Of a DNA stretch of 64,000 nt, positions 35,971 through 45,733 are shown in pieces (positions within the stretch are counted from its first letter, which is position 1; every line of letters begins with the position of its first letter). Under the pieces are notes generated by a model that saw nothing but the letters and a program-made list of their open reading frames with translations, ran no database searches and was not told the origin of the DNA. The position numbers and the translations under genes are program-made. The DNA comes from a virus (taxonomy: Duplodnaviria > Caudoviricetes): IMG/VR virus record IMGVR_UViG_3300025892_000008; one strand, given 5' to 3'.

Positions 35971-37547
35971 ATTGAACCAAAGTTCTTAACAATTATTGCT
36001 CCTACCATTGCACCATGTAATGAACACTGATATCTATAAGTACCACTAATAGCAGATGGTATTTTCCAATATAACGTACCGCTTTCCTTACCTTGTGCAG
36101 CAGAACCAACACTACATGTTCCGTTAGTTGCTACATGAATCAATCCAGTACTGTAGTTAACACCTGACGAATTTTGAATAAGGAACGGATGACTAGAATC
36201 CATAGCACTAAGATTAAATGCAATAGTAGTTCCGTTAATTCCATATATTGTAGGATTGTCAGTAGATCCGTATTGATCAAATCTATATGAAGATGTACCA
36301 TTTGCAGTTACATCTAATCTAGTAATTGCTGGAAGATATAATTTATCTATTGTAAGTTGAGCAGTAATTGCATCTGACAATCCGCTAAACGCAGTAATAA
36401 TTGTTCCCGGTCCAGTAAATGTTACAATGTCCGATGCAGCGTTAGTTGTAATAGTAATGCCGCTGGCGCCTGCAAAGGTTACTGTATCAGTTGTTGTGTC
36501 AGCCTCTACATCACTTTGCCCTGTAACAGAAATTGTACTAAATGCATTTTGATTTGCATCGCCACCACCTGCTGACGCAGAAGGCACCCAATTAGATCCG
36601 TTCCATTGTAAAACATCGTCTGATGATGCTCCTGATGTATCTACATCACTAAGTGCATTTATGCTTGAACTACCAGTTAGATATGTTCCTAAATCACTTA
36701 TTTGACTTTCAGTAATACTTAATGCTGCTTGGTGCTGTGTTACACTTGACTCAGTAATATTTGTATTTGGTACATTTGCCCACGTAACTGCTGCTGTTAA
36801 GTCATTTGTTTCTGCAGATAGTGCACCAATACCTGCGGCAGTGGGAGGTGTAAATTTAAATTCTCCAGTACTATTGTTGTAACTAATTGCACCGTTACCA
36901 CTAGCACTGTTCTCAACACCTACACTTAAAGCCGATAACGCTAAAATTGTAGGTTTGTTATTTAAATTATTGTAATTAAGATAGTATGATCCGTCTTGAC
37001 CGTCAAGAGTATCTGCATCAGTACCACCGCCACCAGTAGTAGCATCAGTTCCTGGTGCCCACTTTGCTCCGTCCCATTTTAATACACTACCTGTACTTGG
37101 TGGTGATGTTGTTGTATCAACATCTGATAAAAAGTCTACACTAAATGTACTCATATTAACTGTTACAATATCTGAGTCTGTAGCAATAGCAGTTGCTATG
37201 TTAGTACCGCCTACTATATTAAGTGTATCATTTATACTTGCCGCTGCTGTTGAACCTTCATCAGCAGTTATAGTGCCAAATGCATTTCCGCCGCCGGCTG
37301 TACCATTAATCGTAATTGTATCGCCGCTAATTTCAGTAGTAATATTAGAACCACCAGTTACTGTTAAACTATCTGTAGGAATGTTAGCAATAGTAAATCC
37401 TGTATCAGCATTAAATCTTGTAAACACATTCGGGGCTGCTGCCGGAGAAGAAGTTACATTCCAAGTAGTACCATCATACTGCCAGGTAGTACTACCTTCT
37501 GTAAATGTTTCATTAAGTGCCGGTGTACCCGGAAAATTTATTGCCAT
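35967..37547 (-). CDS. Virion structural/tail fibre-like protein
   Basis: MAINFP.TP..N....G..TW.YDG..W start; repeated F.TI.(A/V).G...A....DTL..GG segments; L.WDG..W motifs; C-terminal cupredoxin-like YQCSLHGAM.G. Confidence 0.7.
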   Translation of the reverse strand: MAINFPGTPALNETFTEGSTTWQYDGTTWNVTSSPAAAPNVFTRFNADTGFTIANIPTDSLTVTGGSNITTEISGDTITINGTAGGGNAFGTITADEGSTAAASINDTLNIVGGTNIATAIATDSDIVTVNMSTFSVDFLSDVDTTTSPPSTGSVLKWDGAKWAPGTDATTGGGGTDADTLDGQDGSYYLNYNNLNNKPTILALSALSVGVENSASGNGAISYNNSTGEFKFTPPTAAGIGALSAETNDLTAAVTWANVPNTNITESSVTQHQAALSITESQISDLGTYLTGSSSINALSDVDTSGASSDDVLQWNGSNWVPSASAGGGDANQNAFSTISVTGQSDVEADTTTDTVTFAGASGITITTNAASDIVTFTGPGTIITAFSGLSDAITAQLTIDKLYLPAITRLDVTANGTSSYRFDQYGSTDNPTIYGINGTTIAFNLSAMDSSHPFLIQNSSGVNYSTGLIHVATNGTCSVGSAAQGKESGTLYWKIPSAISGTYRYQCSLHGAMVGAIIVKNFGSI

Positions 37548-37558
37548 GTTCCTGCCCT

Positions 37559-40063
37559 CTATTCCTTTGTTATAGCAAATGCATTTGCACTTGCATATCT
37601 ACTATATATTATTTTTAAATCTTGTCCAAATGTACTTGTACTTATCTGATTATAGTCGGCATTTTGGCCTGTACTATACACAACACTTTTTGCATCTGCT
37701 AAAATTTTTGATTTTAATTGTGCCGGAGTAAGTGTTGAATCTGATTCTAGATGTAAACATAATAGTCCTGCAACTTGTGGTGCTGCCATAGATGTTCCGC
37801 TTATGCTCATTTGGTAAAAACTGCCATTGTCAAAATATGCTATCGGCGCAAACTTAGTGTTATTATATGGAGTACTACAAGCACTCATGATATCTGAACC
37901 TGGTGCCCATATATTACATCCTGGTCCTCTACTTGAAAAAATACTTGTTCTATCTTTTTCAGCACCGCTATCGTCTTGTGTAGTGCTATCTAAACTAGCA
38001 ACCATGTATGCATTTGAGCTATACGGTGAACTGCCTCTATGATAAGTTGTTGTACTTCCCTGCCATAATACATCATTATCATAATCAGTACCGCCAGATG
38101 CTTCTATTTTGTTATAGTTATTACCTGCTGCAATTACTACATGTATTCCTGCTGATACCATATCTTCTATTTCAGCATCGACTGATGCTACTCTGACACT
38201 CAGTTTACATGCTGACGAAGCGCCTAAGGTTGTTCTATTTTCATTTACTCCAGTTGCTGCTTCTAACGCTGCTCGAGTACTATATTCAACACCATATGTC
38301 CAGGCTGTTCCCCTGTATGTTCCGCTTGTTGGATCTCCTGTCCTTGTAGTTCCGTATCCCCAACTCATGTTAACAACCGTGGGCCTATTGTTTGATTTAT
38401 TATTGTGCCAAAGTCTAATTGTATCAAATGCGTTAGTGATACTAATGCCATCATTTGGATCTAATGTACCTTCTAGTCCACCTAATTTTTGAGCATATAT
38501 TCTTGCATTTTTTGCCCAGCCAAATGTTTTACCTACGGAAATACCTGCACAATGAGTGCCGTGGCCGTCATAGTCTGTGTAAAAGTTTGAGTCTTGTGTT
38601 TCACCTACAATACCACTGTCAGCAAACCAATCAATTTCTTGCACTCGTGATGCAGACGGTTGTGCTACATAGCCAGATACTCCAGCATCATTATCTTGAA
38701 ATATACGTTTTAGTATATTAAAATCTGGTTTACTAAGTACTGGTGCAAAGTATTTGTTAAACATGGCATAACCTAGTGGATTATTTGCTAACATACCTGC
38801 AGGTGTTTTTAAAGTATCATCCCATTCAGGACTAAGACTTTCTCCGTCCCAAAACTCACTCATATCCCACATTGACCAATTTACTAAGTAAGTATATTCT
38901 TTATATGCTACTACGGCTGCATCAGAATCTGTTGCCCAATCAGTAGCATAACCACTTGGATCATATAACCCTGCGTCAATTGCTTCTTTCATAGCAAGAT
39001 GTAATTCTGTAGTCGTCCAAGAAAAACTTGGGTTACCATTTAATATCATCAGCAATGTTTCCATTGGAACTTGTGTTGCACTTCCTTCTACAGCCCCCGG
39101 AATACCAAAGTTGTGTATTGTATGGAACAAGTGTTCCATAATTTCTTCAATGTCTCTATCACTCTCACTAGGATCAGGACCGCTTGTGTTTTTATACCAA
39201 ACCATATCATTAACTGCATGACTGTCTAAAAAATCTGTATATCCAGAGTACTGTGCCGCGCCAGCATCTGTCAACCAATTTGGTGTATATGATGCTCCGC
39301 CACCATAACCAATTCGTTGTGCTGTTGGAGTTCCTGCATGTGTTGTTCCTGCATCACCTTTAAGTGTTGCAATTAAATTTTTCTGTTGTGTAATATCAAT
39401 GCTATCTCCGTTAGGATCAATTAATAACTTTACAGCCTGCGCTGTTTTCTTTACCCATTCATCTGGTACAGTTGTTTGTCCGCCGACCGCTCCTGCTGCT
39501 ACAAGTTTTACACCCCTTACAGTTAAACTTCTGTCAAAAACTGCTCCATTGGTTGCATCACTTCCTAATGCACCACTAGCATATTCAGTTGTGTTAGGCA
39601 TGTAAAACTCAGGATGGTCTGCTTGTATTCCGCTATCTTGTACAATAAAGTCTACACCTGTTCCGTCTAAAGCGTAAAGATGATCTCCTGATAATGTAGT
39701 TGCATCAGCAAACGTATTTGTTGCTTCATCGCATCTACGCAATCCCCAGTTTACCCAAGTTGCGTTATTTCCAGACTGTCTTTGAAAAGTTGCTGTTTGA
39801 CTTGCATGAAGTCCTATACTAATATCATCTCTTTGATCTGGTGGAATCTCTACAGCAACAACTCTTTCGTCTTGTTCTAAAGTTTCTGCTTCTTCGTCTG
39901 TGAGCATCCAATGTGTCATACGCTTTGATCCAATTCTTGGATTGGCTACTGTAACAGCTCTATTAGGTATCTGTCCTGAACCTGTATCTGCGGCTACTTC
40001 AGCATCAAATGCTTCAAGATCAACATCGGCTTTTACAATTACTACGTATTCTTTTTCACTCAT
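37559..40063 (-). CDS. Subtilisin-family (S8) serine protease with ~318-aa insertion
   Basis: Catalytic triad in VDFIVQDSG, DGHGTHCAG and SGTSMAAPQVAG; oxyanion-hole AAGN; N-terminal propeptide-like region. Confidence 0.9.
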   Translation of the reverse strand: MSEKEYVVIVKADVDLEAFDAEVAADTGSGQIPNRAVTVANPRIGSKRMTHWMLTDEEAETLEQDERVVAVEIPPDQRDDISIGLHASQTATFQRQSGNNATWVNWGLRRCDEATNTFADATTLSGDHLYALDGTGVDFIVQDSGIQADHPEFYMPNTTEYASGALGSDATNGAVFDRSLTVRGVKLVAAGAVGGQTTVPDEWVKKTAQAVKLLIDPNGDSIDITQQKNLIATLKGDAGTTHAGTPTAQRIGYGGGASYTPNWLTDAGAAQYSGYTDFLDSHAVNDMVWYKNTSGPDPSESDRDIEEIMEHLFHTIHNFGIPGAVEGSATQVPMETLLMILNGNPSFSWTTTELHLAMKEAIDAGLYDPSGYATDWATDSDAAVVAYKEYTYLVNWSMWDMSEFWDGESLSPEWDDTLKTPAGMLANNPLGYAMFNKYFAPVLSKPDFNILKRIFQDNDAGVSGYVAQPSASRVQEIDWFADSGIVGETQDSNFYTDYDGHGTHCAGISVGKTFGWAKNARIYAQKLGGLEGTLDPNDGISITNAFDTIRLWHNNKSNNRPTVVNMSWGYGTTRTGDPTSGTYRGTAWTYGVEYSTRAALEAATGVNENRTTLGASSACKLSVRVASVDAEIEDMVSAGIHVVIAAGNNYNKIEASGGTDYDNDVLWQGSTTTYHRGSSPYSSNAYMVASLDSTTQDDSGAEKDRTSIFSSRGPGCNIWAPGSDIMSACSTPYNNTKFAPIAYFDNGSFYQMSISGTSMAAPQVAGLLCLHLESDSTLTPAQLKSKILADAKSVVYSTGQNADYNQISTSTFGQDLKIIYSRYASANAFAITKE

Positions 40064-41586
40064 TATACTAAGCTCGCCCAGCCACCGTTTTCGTATACCT
40101 GTGCTTTGTTCAACGTAGTGTCATATATCATATCACCGTTTGCAGATGTTAATGCATTCTTTTCTGTTGTAGTAAAACTTGGTAATCTAAATGGAGCACC
40201 GGTAACTCTTACACCGTCTGTGGTTGTAAGTGTTATTGTACTTGCACTTGTTAAGTTAGTAACACCAAGTCCAGCAGTTAATGATGCACTTATGTTAGGA
40301 ACAGTTAATGTATTAGTAGTACTGTTGTACGTAAAATCACTGTCGCCGGTAAATGCACCTGCATTATTAAATTGTACTTCAGTTGTACTGCCGCCTGGTG
40401 CACCTGTGTTTGCCGCCCAGGCATAATCTGAACCGTTCCAACTTAGTACATAACCACTTGTAGGGTTTGATTGATTTAGATGTGCATCAACATCTGTGTT
40501 TGCATATCCATCTGTGATACCATACCCTGCGAGTGTAGTTGGTTTAGTTGTTAATGAAGCAAACGCTCCATCAAACGCATCTGTGATACCATACCCTGCT
40601 ATTGTAGTTGGTTTACTAGTAATTGCAGAGAAAGCAGGAATAGCATCTGTTATTCCATATCCTGCTATTGTAGTAGGCTTACCTGTTAAATCAGCAAAGG
40701 CTGTCGATGCCGACACATCGCCAAACGAGAAGTTACCAGCACCGTCTGTTTTCAGTGCCTGTCCGTTTGTTCCGTCTGCAATACCTAATCCTAATAGTGT
40801 TCCTGGAGCAGGAGCAGCAGGTTGTACCCATTGACTGCTATCAGTATCTTGTACATACACATATAGTTTTGCACTTGTGCTATTATACCAAATATCTCCT
40901 TGTGTAGGACTGCTAGGAGCAGTATCAGACACTGCAAGACTTGCGCCTCCGCCGCCGGCACCTGGCTCGGCTACAGTTACACTATTCCCCATACCACTAT
41001 GATTTTTACACCATATATAAAGTGTTGATGGAGTGTTACTTGTAATTGTTATCTGTACAGAACGTGTAGTTGCAGTGGCAAACTTTGCCCAATATTGTGT
41101 TTTGTTTACAGTAACTCCATCTATTATATAAAGAACGTTATTAAGATATGCAGTACCGCTACCTAATTCGCCGTTAGCATCATCTGAACTAAAGTTTAAA
41201 GGATGTTGGTTTAATGTTGTTCCGTTACTGTTAGGAAAATATAAATTTGTTAAATCTGTTTGATCAAATACATATGTATAACCAACAACTAGTGTTAGTT
41301 CAGGATTTTCAACTCCGTTATAATAATATACATTTGCTGTATCTCCAGCATTTCTTGCAACTGTTGTACTAAAAGTAACTGTTGCAACACCTGAAGATGT
41401 AATTTGTTTTGCTACGTTTGTAGGTGTTAGAATATGTGTTCCGCCAATGTTGGAACCATCGAATATTCTAAGTGATTGATTATCCTTATCGAAGAAAATT
41501 TCACCTCGAGAGCCTGATTTTCTATCAAGATAATCTTCATCTCTAGGTACTATTCTTACGCCAGGAAAAATTGGAATTAGTGACAT
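40063..41586 (-). CDS. Tail fibre-like structural protein
   Basis: KPTT(I/L)AGYGITD repeats, VSDTAPSSP..GDIWYNS, YIWCKNHSGMG, QFNNAGAF.G, NGDMIYDTT. Confidence 0.75.
   Translation of the reverse strand: MSLIPIFPGVRIVPRDEDYLDRKSGSRGEIFFDKDNQSLRIFDGSNIGGTHILTPTNVAKQITSSGVATVTFSTTVARNAGDTANVYYYNGVENPELTLVVGYTYVFDQTDLTNLYFPNSNGTTLNQHPLNFSSDDANGELGSGTAYLNNVLYIIDGVTVNKTQYWAKFATATTRSVQITITSNTPSTLYIWCKNHSGMGNSVTVAEPGAGGGGASLAVSDTAPSSPTQGDIWYNSTSAKLYVYVQDTDSSQWVQPAAPAPGTLLGLGIADGTNGQALKTDGAGNFSFGDVSASTAFADLTGKPTTIAGYGITDAIPAFSAITSKPTTIAGYGITDAFDGAFASLTTKPTTLAGYGITDGYANTDVDAHLNQSNPTSGYVLSWNGSDYAWAANTGAPGGSTTEVQFNNAGAFTGDSDFTYNSTTNTLTVPNISASLTAGLGVTNLTSASTITLTTTDGVRVTGAPFRLPSFTTTEKNALTSANGDMIYDTTLNKAQVYENGGWASLV
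40507..40699 (-). repeat. Three tandem KPTT(I/L)AGYGITD fibre repeats
   Basis: Visible at both protein and DNA level (catctgtgataccataccctgc recurs). Confidence 0.85.
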
Positions 41587-41684
41587 ATTTTATATTCTCT
41601 CCGTTACCATAATATTTATCCATATGCGTCATTATTATTTTTTGTGGGTTACAGTAACTAGATAAATAATAAACTACACATATA

Positions 41685-42464
41685 ATGGATAAAATGCATA
41701 CACGTTTAGAAGGAAAAATTAAAAAAGGTTGGGGCTATGAATTAATATGGGCCACTAATGAAAAGTACTGTGGAAAAATTATGGTATTTGAAAAAGTAGG
41801 TGCTAAATTTAGCATGCATTTTCATAAAGAAAAAGAAGAAACATGGTTTGTAAATTCGGGTAAATTTTTGCTTAAATGGATTGATACTAAAGATGCAACG
41901 GTACACACAAAAGAATTAGTAGAAGGCGACAAATGGCATAATCCTCCTTTACAGCCACATCAACTAGAGGCACTTGAAGAAATGAGTGAGATATTTGAAG
42001 TAAGCACAGCCGACAGTGTCGAAGACAACTACAGAGTTTTTCCAGGTAGCAGTCAGCAGTCAGACAAAAAAATTATTGTAAATGGTAGTTTTGATATTAT
42101 TCATAAAGGGCATATTGAATTATTAAACTATGCAAAATCATTAGGGGATCATTTGTTAGTTGCTATAGATAGTGATAATAGAATTAAACAATTAAAAGGT
42201 TCAGACAGACCTATTAATTCTTTAGATGAAAGACTAAACTTACTATCTAATCTAAAAGCAGTTGATGATATTTCTTATTTTGATTCAGAACAAGAACTAG
42301 TAGATATTATAAAAAAGTATAATCCTGATATAATGGTAAAAGGCAGTGATTATAAAAATCAAAGAATTGTTGGCAAGGAATATTGCAAAGCAATCGAATT
42401 CTATGAGATAAATGATGGTTATTCAACAACAAAAAAATTACAAGATATTATTAATCGGGGATAG
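41685..42464 (+). CDS. hldC: Fusion of cupin and D-glycero-beta-D-manno-heptose 1-phosphate adenylyltransferase (RfaE domain II/HldC-like)
   Basis: KKGWGYE...SMHFH..KEETW cupin; NGSFDIIHKGH, IDSD.RIK.LKG.DRPIN, VKGSDY, YSTT. Confidence 0.8.
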   Translation: MDKMHTRLEGKIKKGWGYELIWATNEKYCGKIMVFEKVGAKFSMHFHKEKEETWFVNSGKFLLKWIDTKDATVHTKELVEGDKWHNPPLQPHQLEALEEMSEIFEVSTADSVEDNYRVFPGSSQQSDKKIIVNGSFDIIHKGHIELLNYAKSLGDHLLVAIDSDNRIKQLKGSDRPINSLDERLNLLSNLKAVDDISYFDSEQELVDIIKKYNPDIMVKGSDYKNQRIVGKEYCKAIEFYEINDGYSTTKKLQDIINRG

Positions 42465-43167
42465 TTGTACTGACGAGTACCATTATGGTAGTACCGATCG
42501 TATAAGTCCCGAAGCACCCGTTCCTGTATTTCAATATAAAAATACAAAAACAAATCCTGGCATGGCTGCTAATGTTAATGAAAACTTATTAGCATTTGGG
42601 TGCGATGTAGAGTTTGTTACCAACAAAGAACAAATAACTAAATCAAGATATATTGATTACAGATCAGGACAGCATTTAATAAGAGTTGACAAAGAAGACA
42701 AAGTCAAATCTTGCAACGTTGAATTTCATAATTTAGACTATGATGCTATAATAATAAGTGACTATAACAAAGGATTTGTAACTGAAGATTTAATTATAAG
42801 TCTACGTAGTAAATTTAAAGGACCTGTATTTGTTGATACTAAAAAACTTTATCTTGATAAATTTGAAGGCTGCATACTTAAAATAAACGATCTTGAATAT
42901 AATCGTGCAAAAACCTTTTGTAGCGATTTAATAGTAACAAAAGGTAAACAAGGTGCTACATACAAAGGTAATACTTATAATGCACCTGTAGTTGAAGTTC
43001 ACGATGTATGCGGTGCCGGTGATACATTTTTATCTGTGCTTGCATATTCATATTTAAACTGCAACAACATTGAACAGTCAATTATGCACGCTAACAATGC
43101 CGCTGCACTATCTGTACAGCATAGCGGAGTATACGTGCTTACAGAAGAGGATTTAAAACAAATATGA
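42412..43167 (+). CDS. hldA: Heptose 7-phosphate kinase (RfaE domain I/HldA, PfkB family)
   Basis: IGDSCTDEY, RISPEAPVPV, GMAANV, SDYNKG, DVCGAGDTF; start codon uncertain. Confidence 0.88.
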   Translation: MMVIQQQKNYKILLIGDSCTDEYHYGSTDRISPEAPVPVFQYKNTKTNPGMAANVNENLLAFGCDVEFVTNKEQITKSRYIDYRSGQHLIRVDKEDKVKSCNVEFHNLDYDAIIISDYNKGFVTEDLIISLRSKFKGPVFVDTKKLYLDKFEGCILKINDLEYNRAKTFCSDLIVTKGKQGATYKGNTYNAPVVEVHDVCGAGDTFLSVLAYSYLNCNNIEQSIMHANNAAALSVQHSGVYVLTEEDLKQI

Positions 43168-43976
43168 TAATATTAGTTACAGGAGATACTGGGTTTATTG
43201 GAAGACATCTAATTGATAAACTAAAAACAGAACACGAAGTTCATGGCTATGATTATAATGAAAATCATAAACCTTGTATTGACGGATATGATTGGGTAAT
43301 ACATCTAGGAGCAATATCAGATACTACAGAAAGAGATGTTGACAAGATTATGTTACAAAACTATGAATTTTCTAAATGGATATTCAAAGAATGTAATTCT
43401 AAAGGTGTAAATTTTCAATATGCATCTAGTGCAAGTGTATATGGACCATATGAAAAGTTTGGAGAAGATGATCCTAAACAACCTCAGAGCCCTTATGCTT
43501 GGAGCAAGTATCTATTTGATAGATGGATATTGCAGCAAAAACATAACGTATGTGTACAGGGTATGAGATATTTTAATGTATACGGACCTAGAGAAGAACA
43601 CAAGGGCACACAGGCAAGTCCTGTAACAAAGTTTACAAAACAAGCAAAGGAAGAAGGTGTTATTACTTTGTTTGAAAACAGTGACAAGTACCTAAGAGAT
43701 TTTATCTTTGTAGGCGATGTGTGTGACATACATGAGCAAATGATGCTGCATGTTAAAAAGTCTGGCTTGTACAATATTGGTACAGGCTCTGCAACTAGTT
43801 TCCAAACAGTTGCAGAAATAATTGCAAAAAAATATAATGCAGATATAAAGTATATTCCAATGCCAGAGGAATTACAAGGGCAATATCAAGAATATACCTG
43901 TGCAGATATAACTAAGTTACTAAATATTTTTGATATACAGTTTAAAACTGTAAAAGAATATATTGAAGGTGTCTAA
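43164..43976 (+). CDS. hldD: ADP-L-glycero-D-manno-heptose 6-epimerase
   Basis: TG..GFIG, HLGAISDTTE, YASSASVYG, YAWSK, RYFNVYGPREEHKG, RDFIFV.DV, YQEYTCADI. Confidence 0.88.
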   Translation: MIILVTGDTGFIGRHLIDKLKTEHEVHGYDYNENHKPCIDGYDWVIHLGAISDTTERDVDKIMLQNYEFSKWIFKECNSKGVNFQYASSASVYGPYEKFGEDDPKQPQSPYAWSKYLFDRWILQQKHNVCVQGMRYFNVYGPREEHKGTQASPVTKFTKQAKEEGVITLFENSDKYLRDFIFVGDVCDIHEQMMLHVKKSGLYNIGTGSATSFQTVAEIIAKKYNADIKYIPMPEELQGQYQEYTCADITKLLNIFDIQFKTVKEYIEGV

Positions 43977-44596
43977 ACAAAAGATGCTTTTATACCTGCA
44001 GACGATGTAATTTCTTTACATGCTGCATTTTCTATTTCAGGATCTGGTAAAGAACTAGCAAATGCCCACAAGTTATCAAACACCATAACTTTTCTTGCAA
44101 GGTTTTTGTAGGTAAATTTCTTTAACTTTTTTTCTGTTTCTTCTCCATACCCGGTACGAACTAATATAGGTGTTGCTCCTATTTTTTCTGCTGCTTTTAA
44201 ATCTGTTAATTTATCTCCAACATAAAATCCGCCTTTAAATTTTAAGTTGCATTCAGATTCTGCTTTTTTAAACATACCAATATTTGGTTTAGCAAACATA
44301 TCGTTCTTCTGGCTTGTATGACTATAGTAAATTCCATCTATGCTATCACAACCTGCTTCTCCTAGTAAATTAAGCATGTAATCATGTACAACAGCAACTT
44401 CTTCAGTAGTCATTATACCTTTACTAACTCCGGCTTGATTAGTTAGTACAACAATATTGTAACCTTTTTTTCTAAGAAGTGTTACCGCTTCTATACTATT
44501 TTCTATAGGTTTAAATTGCATAGGATGAGTAACATAAGTTCCAAGATCTTCGTTTATTGTTCCGTCTCTATCTAATCCTATAGTAATATTATTCAT
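43973..44596 (-). CDS. gmhB: D,D-heptose 1,7-bisphosphate phosphatase (HAD family)
   Basis: LDRDGTIN, TNQAGV, KPNIGM, VGDKLTDLKAA, LVRTGYG. Confidence 0.85.
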   Translation of the reverse strand: MNNITIGLDRDGTINEDLGTYVTHPMQFKPIENSIEAVTLLRKKGYNIVVLTNQAGVSKGIMTTEEVAVVHDYMLNLLGEAGCDSIDGIYYSHTSQKNDMFAKPNIGMFKKAESECNLKFKGGFYVGDKLTDLKAAEKIGATPILVRTGYGEETEKKLKKFTYKNLARKVMVFDNLWAFASSLPDPEIENAACKEITSSAGIKASFV

Positions 44597-45119
44597 CTAT
44601 TGATATATCCATGTTCCATGAAATAATTGTTTTTGTTTCTTCTGTATTATTAACAGGAGCTCTATGTATAACCCAACTAGGAAATGTAACTATATCTCCT
44701 TCGTGTACGTCAAATGTATGTGTATCTTTAGTTAACGGATTAATCCATTCTGTTTGTGCATCTTCTGGCAAGTTTACGTAATAAACATTTGTAAAGTTGT
44801 TACTGTGTGTATGCCATGCGTGCTTGCCGCCTTTTGCATATTGTTGAAACCAAATTTCAGTAATGCCAAATGTTTTATATCCCATTTCTTCACACCACTT
44901 ATTAATGTGCGTAGAAAGAGAAGGATTTATTAGTTTCAACCACTCTCTATCTCCATCATATCTTGCAGTATTCCAATCACATTTAACAATATCACTGTCG
45001 GGTGCAGTCATATGTTCTGCATTTTCTTGTGCATGAATAGCATCTAGTACTTGCTGTTTTAGTTGATTGTGTTCCTTAAATGGTCTTACAGTAATAGGAA
45101 ACGGAATAATATCATCCAT
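44589..45119 (-). CDS. 2OG-Fe(II) oxygenase (TIGR02466-like)
   Basis: WFQQY...HAWHTH, VYYV, EGDIVTFPSW..H, IISWN. Confidence 0.8.
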   Translation of the reverse strand: MDDIIPFPITVRPFKEHNQLKQQVLDAIHAQENAEHMTAPDSDIVKCDWNTARYDGDREWLKLINPSLSTHINKWCEEMGYKTFGITEIWFQQYAKGGKHAWHTHSNNFTNVYYVNLPEDAQTEWINPLTKDTHTFDVHEGDIVTFPSWVIHRAPVNNTEETKTIISWNMDISIDE

Positions 45120-45733
45120 TAGTATAAGTTACCTTTTCTTTTAACAATTATATTTGATGAAAACACAACTCTAGGTTCAGATGTTTGATTAAAATGTACA
45201 TAGTGTTCTAAACAAGAAGGAAACATTAGTAATAATCCTTCTTTCATTTCAGGGTAGAAAGCATTAGGATAATCATTCATAGGATCTAATTCTAAATACT
45301 TTAAATGGTTTGATAAGTTAGGTGTCCTAAAAACAAATTGTCCTGCTTCTGGACTAGGCTGTTTTAAAATTACAACACAAGAAAACGCTGGCACGTTAGT
45401 TGTAATATGATCATGTAATTGTTGATGATCGTGTTGCTCATGTACGTTATACCAAGTCTCTATGTCTACACTATAAGGAAATTTAAACAAATATGAATCA
45501 ATATAATCTTGTATATAAGGTGATGGTAGTAATGTATCATTCCATTTTTTAAAAAAATCTGAATCGTCCCAACGTTGAGATAGATTCTTAGAAATTTTAC
45601 TAGCATTATTAGAACTTCCTGTATTACTTCCATCTAAAATTAACGGTAGGTAATAATCCTGTAAACTTTTAAGATCCTGTGGTTCTAATTCTTTTATACC
45701 AACTGGATATCCTTCAAGTGAAAGTTTTAACAT
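45119..45733 (-). CDS. 2OG-Fe(II) oxygenase (TIGR02466-like)
   Basis: WYNVH...QQLHDH, FSCV, EGLLLMFPSCLEH, RVVFSSN. Confidence 0.8.
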   Translation of the reverse strand: MLKLSLEGYPVGIKELEPQDLKSLQDYYLPLILDGSNTGSSNNASKISKNLSQRWDDSDFFKKWNDTLLPSPYIQDYIDSYLFKFPYSVDIETWYNVHEQHDHQQLHDHITTNVPAFSCVVILKQPSPEAGQFVFRTPNLSNHLKYLELDPMNDYPNAFYPEMKEGLLLMFPSCLEHYVHFNQTSEPRVVFSSNIIVKRKGNLY

